The notes under the pieces are model-generated. The model made no database searches. It worked only from the letters and a program-made list of their open reading frames with translations, and was not told the DNA's origin. From assembly GCF_013315695.1 (NCBI RefSeq), contig NZ_CP054353.1: a DNA stretch of 64,000 nt. One strand, given 5' to 3'. The stretch comes from Escherichia coli (GTDB lineage Bacteria; Pseudomonadota; Gammaproteobacteria; Enterobacterales; Enterobacteriaceae). Every line of letters starts with the position of its first letter. Positions within the stretch are counted from its first letter, which is position 1. The translations under genes were made by a program, and so were the position numbers. Shown piece after piece: positions 25,906 through 34,305 of this stretch.

Positions 25906-28713
25906 GTTTCCACTGGTCAGGCTACCCCGCAGCAGGTCTGCTTTGCGGCGGGCGCGTTCAGTGGTTTCACTGATTCTCTGTGCGTGCTCTGCGTCACGGA
26001 TGGCGTGCAGCATGTCAGAAAGCACGGTAACAGGGGTTTTCATGGTGTTCTGGTCCTGCTGAAGTGTGGATGCCAGGCGTGCGGCGGCTTCGGGGTCTGA
26101 TGCCCCCAGCTGTTCCAGATAGCTGGCGACCGGGTTATGGCGGATCTCCGTGCTGCTTACGCCGTGATTACGGCTCAGGCGCTGCCAGAGCTGCGTGATT
26201 CGGCTGTCCGGGCGGGTATCCGGTTTGCGTACAATTTCAAATCCCTGCGGTGCAATGATGCTGCCGTCAACGTACAGACTGCCGCCCCGTAACAGGTGCT
26301 GCATCTGCTGTTCACCAATATGCAGGCCGAGAGATTCAGCAGACTCCCGCCATTCTTTTGCGAGTAACTCGTGGTTATCAGGCAAAGGCTGTGGCTGTTT
26401 GCGGCTCTGTGTCCAGCTCTGCATTTCATAACTGCTGTTTTTGGCCTGTTTGTCACGCAGCGAACGCATCAGCGCCCGGCGTTCGTGCCGTTTCAGTGAG
26501 CGCATCCATTCATTCACTTCAATTTCAATGCCGTCAGGAAGCTGCGGCCACTGTGCTGGCCGTTCTTCCGGCTGTTCTGTCCCGTTGTTGTCCGTTTCCT
26601 GTACACGGGGACAGTTATTGCCACGAGTCCAAGGGGCGGCAGGGCCGCCCTGAAGGTCAAAACCATTTTCGCGGGCGCTGTCTTCCGCTTCCGGTTTGCG
26701 TCTTACCAGCTTCCAGTTATCCGGATGCGTGCATACGCGGGAAGACTCCCCAATGAGCGGCGACCAGATCCCGTAAATCTGTACGCTCTGTTCACCGTAA
26801 TCGTTCAGCTCATCTGCGAGGTCGTAGGCGGTGCGAATCAGGTAGTCTTTGCGTGGAACAAGTACGCCACCCTGTTTCTCAATGTAGGTGGCAAAACATC
26901 CGGCATCAGCGGCAGCGAGTACCGCGTCCATTGCGTCATCCTTCAGCCGTTGCGGGCCTTCCGGGTTGCGTGCCATCTGGCTGGCAAGGCGGCGCAGTTC
27001 ACGCCACACCTGACGGGAGGGGATACCAAAGAACTGGAACTGGCGGACCCGGTGAAGGCGCGCCCAGCCGATGGCGCGTTCCACGCTCTCGGCCATTGAT
27101 TTTCCGGTTTCGTGGTCAACGCGTGGCTTGCCCGTTTTCGGGTCGATGCCATCCACGGCGCGGCTGTCCAGGTTCTTTCCGATGTAGGTGGCGATGTAGC
27201 TGGTTGGTGTGCCTTTTGAGCCGTCTACGTACTCCGCCTTAAAACGCGGAGTTATGTCATCGCCCAGCTCGTGGCGGTCTTCCTGAATGGCAATATCGCA
27301 GACGTGGGACACGATGGTTTCAATCTCGTCCTGATGTGCAAAGACCATCATATGCCAGTGCACAGTGCCGTCATGGTGAGGCTCCACCGTGCGGATGCCA
27401 TACCAGCGCAGACCGTCGCGGTTCAGTTTTTTGCGGACCGCCGCAAAAAACGTGTTAACCAGGTAATCGCTGGAGTCGCGCATGGTGGCCCCGTTCCATT
27501 TGGGATTCGGATGACCGTTCTCCGTTGTTGCGTGGTATTTTGACGGGCAGGTGACAGTCAGAAACACCGCTCTGTCGCCACGGGCTTCGGCCAGAAGTTC
27601 CAGTCCCTTCATGGTGGCCATCATTTCTGCCTTACGGTGAACCGGGTTACTTACTCCCGCGTAATACACTGTCTCGAGATCAATCGTGAACCCGTCTTCG
27701 TTTTCCAGCATGAAACTTTTCAGGAAATCGCGTGTTTTCTCGCGCTGTGCGCGAAACTCGCTTAACGCGTCCTGGCTCAGATAGGGTGATGTTTTTCTGG
27801 AAACCAGACAGGCGGCGCGGAGTTGTTCTTCTCTCCACTCGCAACGTAACAGCCACAGTTTGCGTTTCCACCATTCCGCACAGGTCAGGCGAAGGATTGC
27901 GCCCGGCAGCAGCTCCGTGTCCGGTTCGTTCCTCCGGTCTTTGTCTGTTGTCAGTGCGTCATAATGTGGAGGCATGGCGTGCAGGTGTAACGCCATGCGG
28001 GCCAGCATCTGATACGCCTTCAGCGTTACATCCATGGTCAGTTCGCCATCAGTCGCACCAAAGCCATCGCAGAGTTTTTCGAAGGTGCTGCTGAACATCG
28101 CCGCCGTCATGGTGGCCAGCGTCTGTATCTGGTGTTTGTTGAGCTGCGGCAGGTAAAGCAAATCGTCCAGGCGTTCGCGTCCGGCAAGGGAGCGATAACC
28201 CGGTGTCAGCCAGCGGTGATCGGTGCGGTCCAGGCGTTCGAATATTTTGCGCAGGGTTCCGCGCGCGTAGCGTTCAGCCTGCCAGCTCTTTTTGCCTTTC
28301 TGGCGATCGGCTTCCTGTTTTTTGCGCAGGAAAGAGAGGTGGCGGCTCAGAGGTTCACGCAGATAAACGGGAAGCACCTTCAGTGTGGCAAAAGCACGGG
28401 CCACCGGGTCTTGTTCTGTTGCCTGACGCTTGCTGATGATGCTTTGTGCCAGCTTTTCACGCTGTCCGGCTTCCTCAAGGGATGCCATGAGTTTTTTACC
28501 CACGGTGGATTGTGCGAAAAAGGCTTCCTCCTTCGCTTCCTGTTCTTCCAGAGCCTTTTTGTCTGCCTCAAGGTAGTAACGGATGGCGCGTTGTAGGTCG
28601 GTTTCAGTTTCCTGCCTGTGCTCCGTAAATCTGGCCGGATCAATGGCTGGCCGTGGTTCATTCCAGCTCCATGCAAACTCACTCATGGCTGGTATCCCGT
28701 CACGCGCTGCCAC
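25840..28713 (-). CDS. A: Rolling-circle replication initiator A
   Basis: Contains HUH-like VHWHMMVF and a YIATYIGKN Tyr-containing motif; position as P2 gene A; true start may be the ATG at 28686. Confidence 0.85.
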   Translation of the reverse strand: MAARDGIPAMSEFAWSWNEPRPAIDPARFTEHRQETETDLQRAIRYYLEADKKALEEQEAKEEAFFAQSTVGKKLMASLEEAGQREKLAQSIISKRQATEQDPVARAFATLKVLPVYLREPLSRHLSFLRKKQEADRQKGKKSWQAERYARGTLRKIFERLDRTDHRWLTPGYRSLAGRERLDDLLYLPQLNKHQIQTLATMTAAMFSSTFEKLCDGFGATDGELTMDVTLKAYQMLARMALHLHAMPPHYDALTTDKDRRNEPDTELLPGAILRLTCAEWWKRKLWLLRCEWREEQLRAACLVSRKTSPYLSQDALSEFRAQREKTRDFLKSFMLENEDGFTIDLETVYYAGVSNPVHRKAEMMATMKGLELLAEARGDRAVFLTVTCPSKYHATTENGHPNPKWNGATMRDSSDYLVNTFFAAVRKKLNRDGLRWYGIRTVEPHHDGTVHWHMMVFAHQDEIETIVSHVCDIAIQEDRHELGDDITPRFKAEYVDGSKGTPTSYIATYIGKNLDSRAVDGIDPKTGKPRVDHETGKSMAESVERAIGWARLHRVRQFQFFGIPSRQVWRELRRLASQMARNPEGPQRLKDDAMDAVLAAADAGCFATYIEKQGGVLVPRKDYLIRTAYDLADELNDYGEQSVQIYGIWSPLIGESSRVCTHPDNWKLVRRKPEAEDSARENGFDLQGGPAAPWTRGNNCPRVQETDNNGTEQPEERPAQWPQLPDGIEIEVNEWMRSLKRHERRALMRSLRDKQAKNSSYEMQSWTQSRKQPQPLPDNHELLAKEWRESAESLGLHIGEQQMQHLLRGGSLYVDGSIIAPQGFEIVRKPDTRPDSRITQLWQRLSRNHGVSSTEIRHNPVASYLEQLGASDPEAAARLASTLQQDQNTMKTPVTVLSDMLHAIRDAEHAQRISETTERARRKADLLRGSLTSGNKKQTETGFTNPVNEQKTCRDI

Positions 28714-29072
28714 TCCTGCGAGAAGAGGGCAGAAAGGCGGTTAAATTCAGCGGTGTATTCACTCAGCGAGGCACACCCGCCAGCAGTGCGATGCGCCAGC
28801 ATTGCCGCAAATACGGAGGCCGGGGAGTCGTAATACGCCAGCAGTGATTCTCCGTGTGGTGTCAGGCAATGCAACGCCAGCCCGTGTGGTGTGAAGTCCA
28901 CGCGGTAGCAGTCGTCTACTGTGAAATAAAGGGTGTCTGCATTTTCCGGTTTTGTGGTGCGTGCTCTGTTGTCACGACCACGGATGTAGAGATCAAATAA
29001 TCCCTGAAGAACGGGAGCCAGACGGGTGTCCTGTGTGCGCACCCATCTTGTGAAGTCATGAGCGTCAATCAT
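28683..29072 (-). CDS. Hypothetical early protein
   Basis: 129-aa ORF directly upstream of and slightly overlapping A. Confidence 0.5.
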   Translation of the reverse strand: MIDAHDFTRWVRTQDTRLAPVLQGLFDLYIRGRDNRARTTKPENADTLYFTVDDCYRVDFTPHGLALHCLTPHGESLLAYYDSPASVFAAMLAHRTAGGCASLSEYTAEFNRLSALFSQEWQRVTGYQP

Positions 29073-29144
29073 GCTGCAATTCTCTTTACTACAGATGTGC
29101 GAAGGCCTCCCGCCGCAAGGTGCAGGAAAGGCCCGGAACAGGAA

Positions 29145-29375
29145 TTAATGGAGTTTGTTTTGCTGCTGGAAGAGTTGTTGCAGCTCGCGCAGATCATCCG
29201 CCAGATAGCTGAAAACAGAGGCGGAATAGATGTTCGATAGCGCGTGGCTGCGCTCATGCAGCATATTGATGTGCATGATTTGCGCGACGCGTGATGCGCG
29301 GAAAAGTCTACGGTTGATTTCAGTCTGGATGTGACGACGCGCAGCGTATGCGCGCTGTTGTTTGCGGTTTGCCAT
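29145..29375 (-). CDS. Hypothetical basic 76-aa early protein
   Basis: ATG 29375 preceded by AAGAGG RBS; MANRKQQRAYAARRH... Confidence 0.55.
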   Translation of the reverse strand: MANRKQQRAYAARRHIQTEINRRLFRASRVAQIMHINMLHERSHALSNIYSASVFSYLADDLRELQQLFQQQNKLH

Positions 29376-29697
29376 GGTGTGGCCTCTTTGCTCGGTGATA
29401 GAAATAGCTCACCATCCAGAGTTGAGAATCTCGGGGTGGCGAGACGTACAGGGTTCTCAACACCGGAGAGCAAAGAATCCGGCCCGACCGAAGTCGGCCC
29501 CGTACGTCCCGCCATAATTCTGACGCGAAAAAGACGTGGCAATACAGTACGCACAAAAAAACCGCTGGCGCGGTTATGCGCTTTGCTCTGTATCGGGTTG
29601 AGAATCCCGGCACCCGTTTTATGAGGTGCAGCGGAAATGTAACCTGACCGATTGCGGCATGGCAAGCGGTTTTTTTGTGTGTGCATGTTCTGGTTTC

Positions 29698-29997
29698 TTA
29701 CTGGTTCAGAAAAAAATCAAAAACCTTGTCAATGCGTTGCAGCAGCTCTTGCTGTATTGCTTCCGGCGTTTCCGGTTCGCCGGGTGCCTCCAACGTCGCG
29801 CAGAAATCAGCGATTTCATGATGGAGTGTCAGGCGAATGGCAGGAGCCGTGGTTCTGGCGTGCTCCAGCTGATCCAGCAGTGCCAGCACAGCAGACGGCG
29901 AGAGCATTGCGCGAAATGCCAGTAATTTTTGAGGCGTTGCCATTCGTTGCAGGGCAAATGCCAGTTCGCGTAGCTTCTGGTGGTTGATGGTGCTCAT
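29698..29997 (-). CDS. Hypothetical early protein
   Basis: 99-aa ORF, stop overlaps the start of the downstream ORF. Confidence 0.55.
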   Translation of the reverse strand: MSTINHQKLRELAFALQRMATPQKLLAFRAMLSPSAVLALLDQLEHARTTAPAIRLTLHHEIADFCATLEAPGEPETPEAIQQELLQRIDKVFDFFLNQ

Positions 29998-30260
29998 GTT
30001 CTGGCTTCCTTCAGTAGCTGGTTAAACATGTGAGTAAGTGGATTGCTACACCCGAACGGCATCGGGTTTACGTGGTAAGAAGCCTGGCCTCCAGTTTTGC
30101 GAGCGCGACCACCTGTGCTGCGGTTTGTTCTGATGACTAAGCCGCCGCGCCAAAGTTGGCGTAACTCAGCATTAATGGCTGTGGTTGGAGTATTCAGTGC
30201 TGCGGCGATCTCTCCGCCGCTACAACCCGGATGAGTAGCGATGTAGTCCAGAATGGTCAT
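29994..30260 (-). CDS. Hypothetical early protein
   Basis: 88-aa ORF, overlapping start/stop with neighbours. Confidence 0.55.
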   Translation of the reverse strand: MTILDYIATHPGCSGGEIAAALNTPTTAINAELRQLWRGGLVIRTNRSTGGRARKTGGQASYHVNPMPFGCSNPLTHMFNQLLKEART

Positions 30261-30460
30261 CTGCGTGGCTCCTGTACCTGTCGGATAAGATTCACCCGCG
30301 CCACGTTGGTGGCGCAGAAGTAAGTGCCGTCAGTGAGGTAGATGTGGTGTGCATCCTTTTCCGAACGATGTTTGTCGATAGTGGTAATCAGGCGTTCGTC
30401 GACCTCGTATTCGCGCCCTCTGGAGGTAAAGCGAACGACGGGAAAATGCTTAATTGCCAT
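30257..30460 (-). CDS. Hypothetical early protein
   Basis: 67-aa ORF in the early operon. Confidence 0.5.
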   Translation of the reverse strand: MAIKHFPVVRFTSRGREYEVDERLITTIDKHRSEKDAHHIYLTDGTYFCATNVARVNLIRQVQEPRR

Positions 30461-30483
30461 TGCACCCCCTTTGTCCAGTAACC

Positions 30484-30894
30484 CTATGCGTTAAATACGG
30501 TGTGTCGGGCGTCATCAATGAATGCAACTTGAGAGCGCTCTATCAGGCGGAGATTTGTCAGAAGCGCTGATTCCCTTATGGGGTGAGGAGTGATCAGGTA
30601 TTTGTTCTGTAATCCGGCGATAATGGTGTATCGCTGTGGCTCCGAGCCAATAGTGTAAATAAGGCGTCCGGTGTCAGATAAATCCAGTCCGGTGACTGGT
30701 TTAGTTTTGAGAAGCGCAAGTTCCACACCCTGTTCTTCGATGATTTTGGCAGCTTCTGCCGTGACTTTTGCGACTATCATTGTGTGGGTTGCGACGTCCA
30801 TGTGAGCATTGGCCACGGCTTTTTTCGCTACTTCGCTTTCCATCTTTGAAATTTCTTTCAGTGCTCTGATGATACCTTCTTCTTTTGCGTGCAT
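30484..30894 (-). CDS. Hypothetical early protein
   Basis: 136-aa ORF with GGAG RBS. Confidence 0.55.
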   Translation of the reverse strand: MHAKEEGIIRALKEISKMESEVAKKAVANAHMDVATHTMIVAKVTAEAAKIIEEQGVELALLKTKPVTGLDLSDTGRLIYTIGSEPQRYTIIAGLQNKYLITPHPIRESALLTNLRLIERSQVAFIDDARHTVFNA

Positions 30895-30987
30895 TTTTGT
30901 ATCTCCGTTATTTGCGTGTGCGAATACCTCCGTTAATACGGATGGTTTTCACGTTTTCTTATTTAATTTGATGTTTTATTTGTATCG

Positions 30988-31101
30988 TTATTCATCAGAG
31001 AAAAAACGCTCGATCTTTTTCACTGAATTAATAATTCGCATAATCCCAATGGCGCAGGCCACCGAAATAATCAGAACAAGCCATGAGATAAATATACTCA
31101 T
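30988..31101 (-). CDS. Small 37-aa hydrophobic peptide (below the ORF track threshold)
   Basis: MSIFISWLVLIISVACAIGIMRIINSVKKIERFFSDE; ATG overlaps the stop of the upstream 80-aa ORF in an ATGA arrangement. Confidence 0.4.
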   Translation of the reverse strand: MSIFISWLVLIISVACAIGIMRIINSVKKIERFFSDE

Positions 31102-31340
31102 GCGATATTCCCCAGCTTATACGGTTCAATATGTTCTCCGCATTCTGCGGCACAGATCAGCTCGGAAAGTTCGTTAAGTGCATCCAGATCATCAGCGTAA
31201 AAAGCCACGTCATACAGACTCCGGATTGCCCTGGTCAATGAGTCACGGGCTGCACGTTCAGCATGAACGCCTGATGCACTTAAGCGAAAATAAAAACGCT
31301 CAAGTGCTTTGTTGATGAGTGTTTTATATTCTTTGTCCAT
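31098..31340 (-). CDS. Hypothetical early protein
   Basis: 80-aa ORF in the early operon. Confidence 0.55.
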   Translation of the reverse strand: MDKEYKTLINKALERFYFRLSASGVHAERAARDSLTRAIRSLYDVAFYADDLDALNELSELICAAECGEHIEPYKLGNIA

Positions 31341-31351
31341 TGCAACACCCT

Positions 31352-31639
31352 TTAATCTGCTTTCTGTATTTCAGCTTCTGAATCCATACAAATAATTTCG
31401 ATATAGGGTTCATCGCCATTAACTTGGCGTGCCTTTTCAGCTTCGCTAATGATTTCTCGTACGGTCTGGTACGGAAGTTCCACAAGCAGTCGCGTGCCGT
31501 TCAGATAGACGTAAGTGGCTTCGTCGGCTCCGTTTTTACCCGCCGGAGTCACTCCGTCAATAGCGGATGCACGTAATAACAGTTCACCGCGAAAATCAAT
31601 AAAACGGATAAATACACCTTGTGCATGGTCTTTGGTCAT
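31352..31639 (-). CDS. Hypothetical early protein
   Basis: Start placed at MTKDHAQGVF (internal ATG of track ORF 31352..31753). Confidence 0.5.
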   Translation of the reverse strand: MTKDHAQGVFIRFIDFRGELLLRASAIDGVTPAGKNGADEATYVYLNGTRLLVELPYQTVREIISEAEKARQVNGDEPYIEIICMDSEAEIQKAD

Positions 31640-31649
31640 AAAGCACCCG

Positions 31650-31988
31650 TTATAAATCAGCCTGTTTAATAAAACTTTGCCCGCGAAGCAGACGATCAAC
31701 CGTGCGAAGTGCTTCGTATAATGTGAAATCCTGCCCGAACTGATTGTCGCCACAGCTCAATGCAAAAATGCGGTTTCCGGTAAACGGATTGCGTGGGCAT
31801 TTGTGGATCACGATTCCAGCTTTCTCAATCAGCCAGGCGTGCTCGCCGATTTGTTTTACTGGGTAGCCATCCGGCGTTGCGTGTGTATCACTCAGGCTGT
31901 AGCGGATGTTGCTGCGTGATGCACTGGTAGTGAAACGGTTAGCGTGGCGTTCTGTTCCGGTACGAAAATTACGGCGTTGCTTCAGCAT
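31650..31988 (-). CDS. Hypothetical early protein
   Basis: 112-aa ORF, second gene of the early operon. Confidence 0.5.
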   Translation of the reverse strand: MLKQRRNFRTGTERHANRFTTSASRSNIRYSLSDTHATPDGYPVKQIGEHAWLIEKAGIVIHKCPRNPFTGNRIFALSCGDNQFGQDFTLYEALRTVDRLLRGQSFIKQADL

Positions 31989-32002
31989 AAAATGACACCT
32001 CG

Positions 32003-32281
32003 TTATTTTGTCATCTGCACGTATTTTTCTGCGCTCCTGATTGTTTTCAGGAAAAGAGCGAAGAGATTTACTGTGCGTCTTGAGTTCTTTTCATCCTGGT
32101 TGATGGGAATTGAACCTCTGTCAGCCTGTCTTTTCACTGTGTTAACAGCTTGGTTAGTACGCTTTGCGTAATCTTTCAGGCTTTCTTCAAGTACTGGTAA
32201 CCCATGCTCATCGCGGTAGGGATAGAACGCTGCTAAACGCTCAAAGTCTGCCTGTTCGTGTGTGTTCAGGACTTTTGCCAT
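32003..32281 (-). CDS. cox: Cox/Apl-like early regulator (first gene of early operon)
   Basis: Divergent from repressor C; internal segment YAKRTNQAVNTVKRQADRGSIP resembles the P2 Cox helix-turn-helix region. Confidence 0.5.
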   Translation of the reverse strand: MAKVLNTHEQADFERLAAFYPYRDEHGLPVLEESLKDYAKRTNQAVNTVKRQADRGSIPINQDEKNSRRTVNLFALFLKTIRSAEKYVQMTK

Positions 32282-32320
32282 GTGTGATAACCTGCGCTAT
32301 CTGTGGTTGTTTGTGATCTG

Positions 32321-32373
32321 GTGTACTTATAAGTACACCTTGTGCGCAAGCTTAGTGTACTTATAGGAACACT
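32321..32373. promoter_or_regulatory. Operator-like palindromes in the C/cox switch region
   Basis: GTGTACTTATAAGTACAC perfect 18-bp palindrome at 32321..32338 and related AGTGTACTTATAGGAACACT at 32354..32373, between divergent cox-like and C genes. Confidence 0.5.
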
Positions 32374-32377
32374 GTCA

Positions 32378-32686
32378 ATGCTTATCGGTGAAAAAATTAG
32401 AGTGATTCGTGAATCAGAGGATTTAACGCGCGAAGAATTTTGCGGCCTGATTGATGTGCCTATCGGCACTTTGCGTCGTTATGAAACGGGGCGGATTGAA
32501 AACATAGGGGGCGAAGTGCTTATCAAGATTGTTAATCACCCTCGCTTTTTTAAGTACATGAATTGGCTTATGACGGGAAAAACAAATGAGGCTGCTGGGC
32601 AGATCAGTCCGTCTCTCTCCCCTGATGGGCCAAAAAGCACATCGCCTTCTCAAAAACCCCGCAAGACTGGCACACAGCCCGGCTAA
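32378..32686 (+). CDS. C: Immunity repressor C
   Basis: MLIGEKIRVIRESEDLTREEF...GTLRRYETGR...HPRFFKYMNWLMTGK resembles P2 C repressor. Confidence 0.7.
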   Translation: MLIGEKIRVIRESEDLTREEFCGLIDVPIGTLRRYETGRIENIGGEVLIKIVNHPRFFKYMNWLMTGKTNEAAGQISPSLSPDGPKSTSPSQKPRKTGTQPG

Positions 32687-32735
32687 TCATGGAGCGCTGG
32701 GGGCATGGTGGTCTTGTAACGCTGGGGTTTCACGA

Positions 32736-33710
32736 ATGAGCATAAAATCAATTCCGGGAGGATATCTTCTTGACATGCGCCCGGAGGGGCGTAAAGGCAA
32801 ACGCATTCGTAAAAAATTTAAAACGAAATCGGATGCAGTTTTATATGAGCGGTGGGTGCTGGCGCAACAGCATAACAATGAGTGGAAAGGAAACTCCATT
32901 GATCGCCGTCCGCTGTCAGTGCTTATTGACTTGTGGTGGAAATACCACGGTCAGCTAATGAAGTCAGGGCATAACACGCGCCTTAAATTGCTGCGCTTGA
33001 GTGAGGCAATGGATGACCCGTGCGTGCATAAACTTAATACAACGATGCTCACCGAGCTACGTGTGTCCAGGATAGAGCAGGGGATACAGCCCAGCACCAT
33101 AAATCGAGAGATTGGGGCGTTAAGCGCGATGTTTACCGCACTCATCTCATCCGGCCATTTTCTTAACGATAACCCCGTTCAAGGCCTTAAAGGAATGAAG
33201 GTTAACGAGCGCGAAATGGGATATCTGAGTAAGTCTGAATGTGTTCAGTTGCTGGATGCACTGGCTGAAAATCCCGATGAACGGCTGGCTGTCGAAATCC
33301 TTCTGTCGACCGGGGCGCGATGGGGCGAGGTAGCGGCACTGGAGCAGCGCCGTGTTCTTCATTGTCGAATCACTTTTTCAAAAACGAAGAACAGCAAAAA
33401 CCGTACCGTTCCTATTTCTGAAAGCCTGTTTGAAAAGATCAAAAAACGGGGCGGGAAACTGGTGTTTCCGACGCTGGATTATCCATTGGTTCGCGATGTC
33501 ATCAAAACGGTCGCACCTGATGTTCCTGACGGCCAGGCTGTTCATGCGCTGCGCCACACCTTCGCCAGTCATTTCATGATGAACGGCGGCAATATTCTGA
33601 CGCTCCAGAAAATTCTGGGGCACGCAAAGATTCAGACAACGATGATTTATGCCCATCTTGCGCCGGATTACTTGCAGGATGCGGTGAGATTTAATCCTAT
33701 TGCTGGGTAA
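32736..33710 (+). CDS. int: Tyrosine integrase
   Basis: ...LSTGARWGEVAAL...HALRHTFASHFMMNGGNILTLQKILGHAKIQTTMIYAHLAPDYLQDAV closely resembles P2 Int. Confidence 0.9.
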   Translation: MSIKSIPGGYLLDMRPEGRKGKRIRKKFKTKSDAVLYERWVLAQQHNNEWKGNSIDRRPLSVLIDLWWKYHGQLMKSGHNTRLKLLRLSEAMDDPCVHKLNTTMLTELRVSRIEQGIQPSTINREIGALSAMFTALISSGHFLNDNPVQGLKGMKVNEREMGYLSKSECVQLLDALAENPDERLAVEILLSTGARWGEVAALEQRRVLHCRITFSKTKNSKNRTVPISESLFEKIKKRGGKLVFPTLDYPLVRDVIKTVAPDVPDGQAVHALRHTFASHFMMNGGNILTLQKILGHAKIQTTMIYAHLAPDYLQDAVRFNPIAG

Positions 33711-33720
33711 GGAGGATGTT

Positions 33721-34116
33721 GTGGAAAAAACAGTTAATAGCGATTTGCATTTAGGTCAGTACTGGAGAATAGACATTGTCTGCGATCCAGAACTTCGAGA
33801 TGAGGTTGAGCAATATTTTTCTCGACACGATGTTGGTTTTAGCAAAATTGAAGTTTTTTCCGTCGAAAATCCATATAAACTTGCTCTGTTCTTTGATTTC
33901 GCGAAGAAGGGTGTGGAGGTTGCAAAAGCCATTATGGGACTCTTAGACCGAAATGATATTGAAATAACGATGTATCGTGCTACGGACAGTAGCCCGCAGT
34001 CTGTAAAAAGCATCAAATTGCGTAAGTCTGAAGACGTAGAGAAATGTAAAGATTTGCTTAGTACGTGTGTCGCAATTGGCGTTCAACGAAATAAGGAAAA
34101 AGAGGGGAGCGAATGA
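33721..34116 (+). CDS. AT-rich cargo gene between int and the host junction, unknown function
   Basis: In-frame GTG 33721 five bp after AAGGAGGA RBS; 131-aa acidic protein; no family recognised. Confidence 0.55.
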   Translation: MEKTVNSDLHLGQYWRIDIVCDPELRDEVEQYFSRHDVGFSKIEVFSVENPYKLALFFDFAKKGVEVAKAIMGLLDRNDIEITMYRATDSSPQSVKSIKLRKSEDVEKCKDLLSTCVAIGVQRNKEKEGSE

Positions 34117-34178
34117 TCCACAAAGTGACCACATCCCTGTTATTTGTTGTGGTTGGCTGTGTTTTTGTGTGTCTGTAA
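34113..34178 (+). CDS. 21-aa hydrophobic peptide translationally coupled to the preceding gene
   Basis: ATG overlaps upstream stop in an ATGA arrangement; AGAGGGGAG RBS inside the upstream gene's last codons; MIHKVTTSLLFVVVGCVFVCL. Confidence 0.35.
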   Translation: MIHKVTTSLLFVVVGCVFVCL

Positions 34179-34230
34179 GTCTTTGATAATTATCTAACTT
34201 ATTGATTTTTGTTTGTGTTTATGGCCGCTC

Positions 34231-34258
34231 TGCGGCCTTTTTTCTTTTCACTGTCGAA
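34231..34258 (+). terminator. Rho-independent terminator
   Basis: GGCCGC-TCT-GCGGCC hairpin followed by TTTTTTCTTTT. Confidence 0.6.
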
Positions 34259-34305
34259 GAGTCACCGTAAAATCAACGCCATGACACTTCAGCAGAACGG
34301 ATACC

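Larger units (their letters stand above)
1..34260. mobile_element. P2-family prophage, nearly complete, reversed relative to the standard P2 map; left end beyond ogr is off-window, right end lies next to btuC
   Basis: Contiguous P2 homologues recognised by translation: ogr, D, FI, FII, E/E', T, U, H, I, J, W, V, S, R, lysB/lysC, endolysin, holin, X, L, M, N, O, P, Q, A, cox-like, C, int; host btuC starts at 34306. Confidence 0.85.

Noticed and set aside
34117-34305. tRNA or tmRNA gene as integration target at the prophage right end
   Set aside because: No cloverleaf-compatible sequence or CCA-adjacent acceptor stem seen by eye; the only strong structure is a terminator hairpin.
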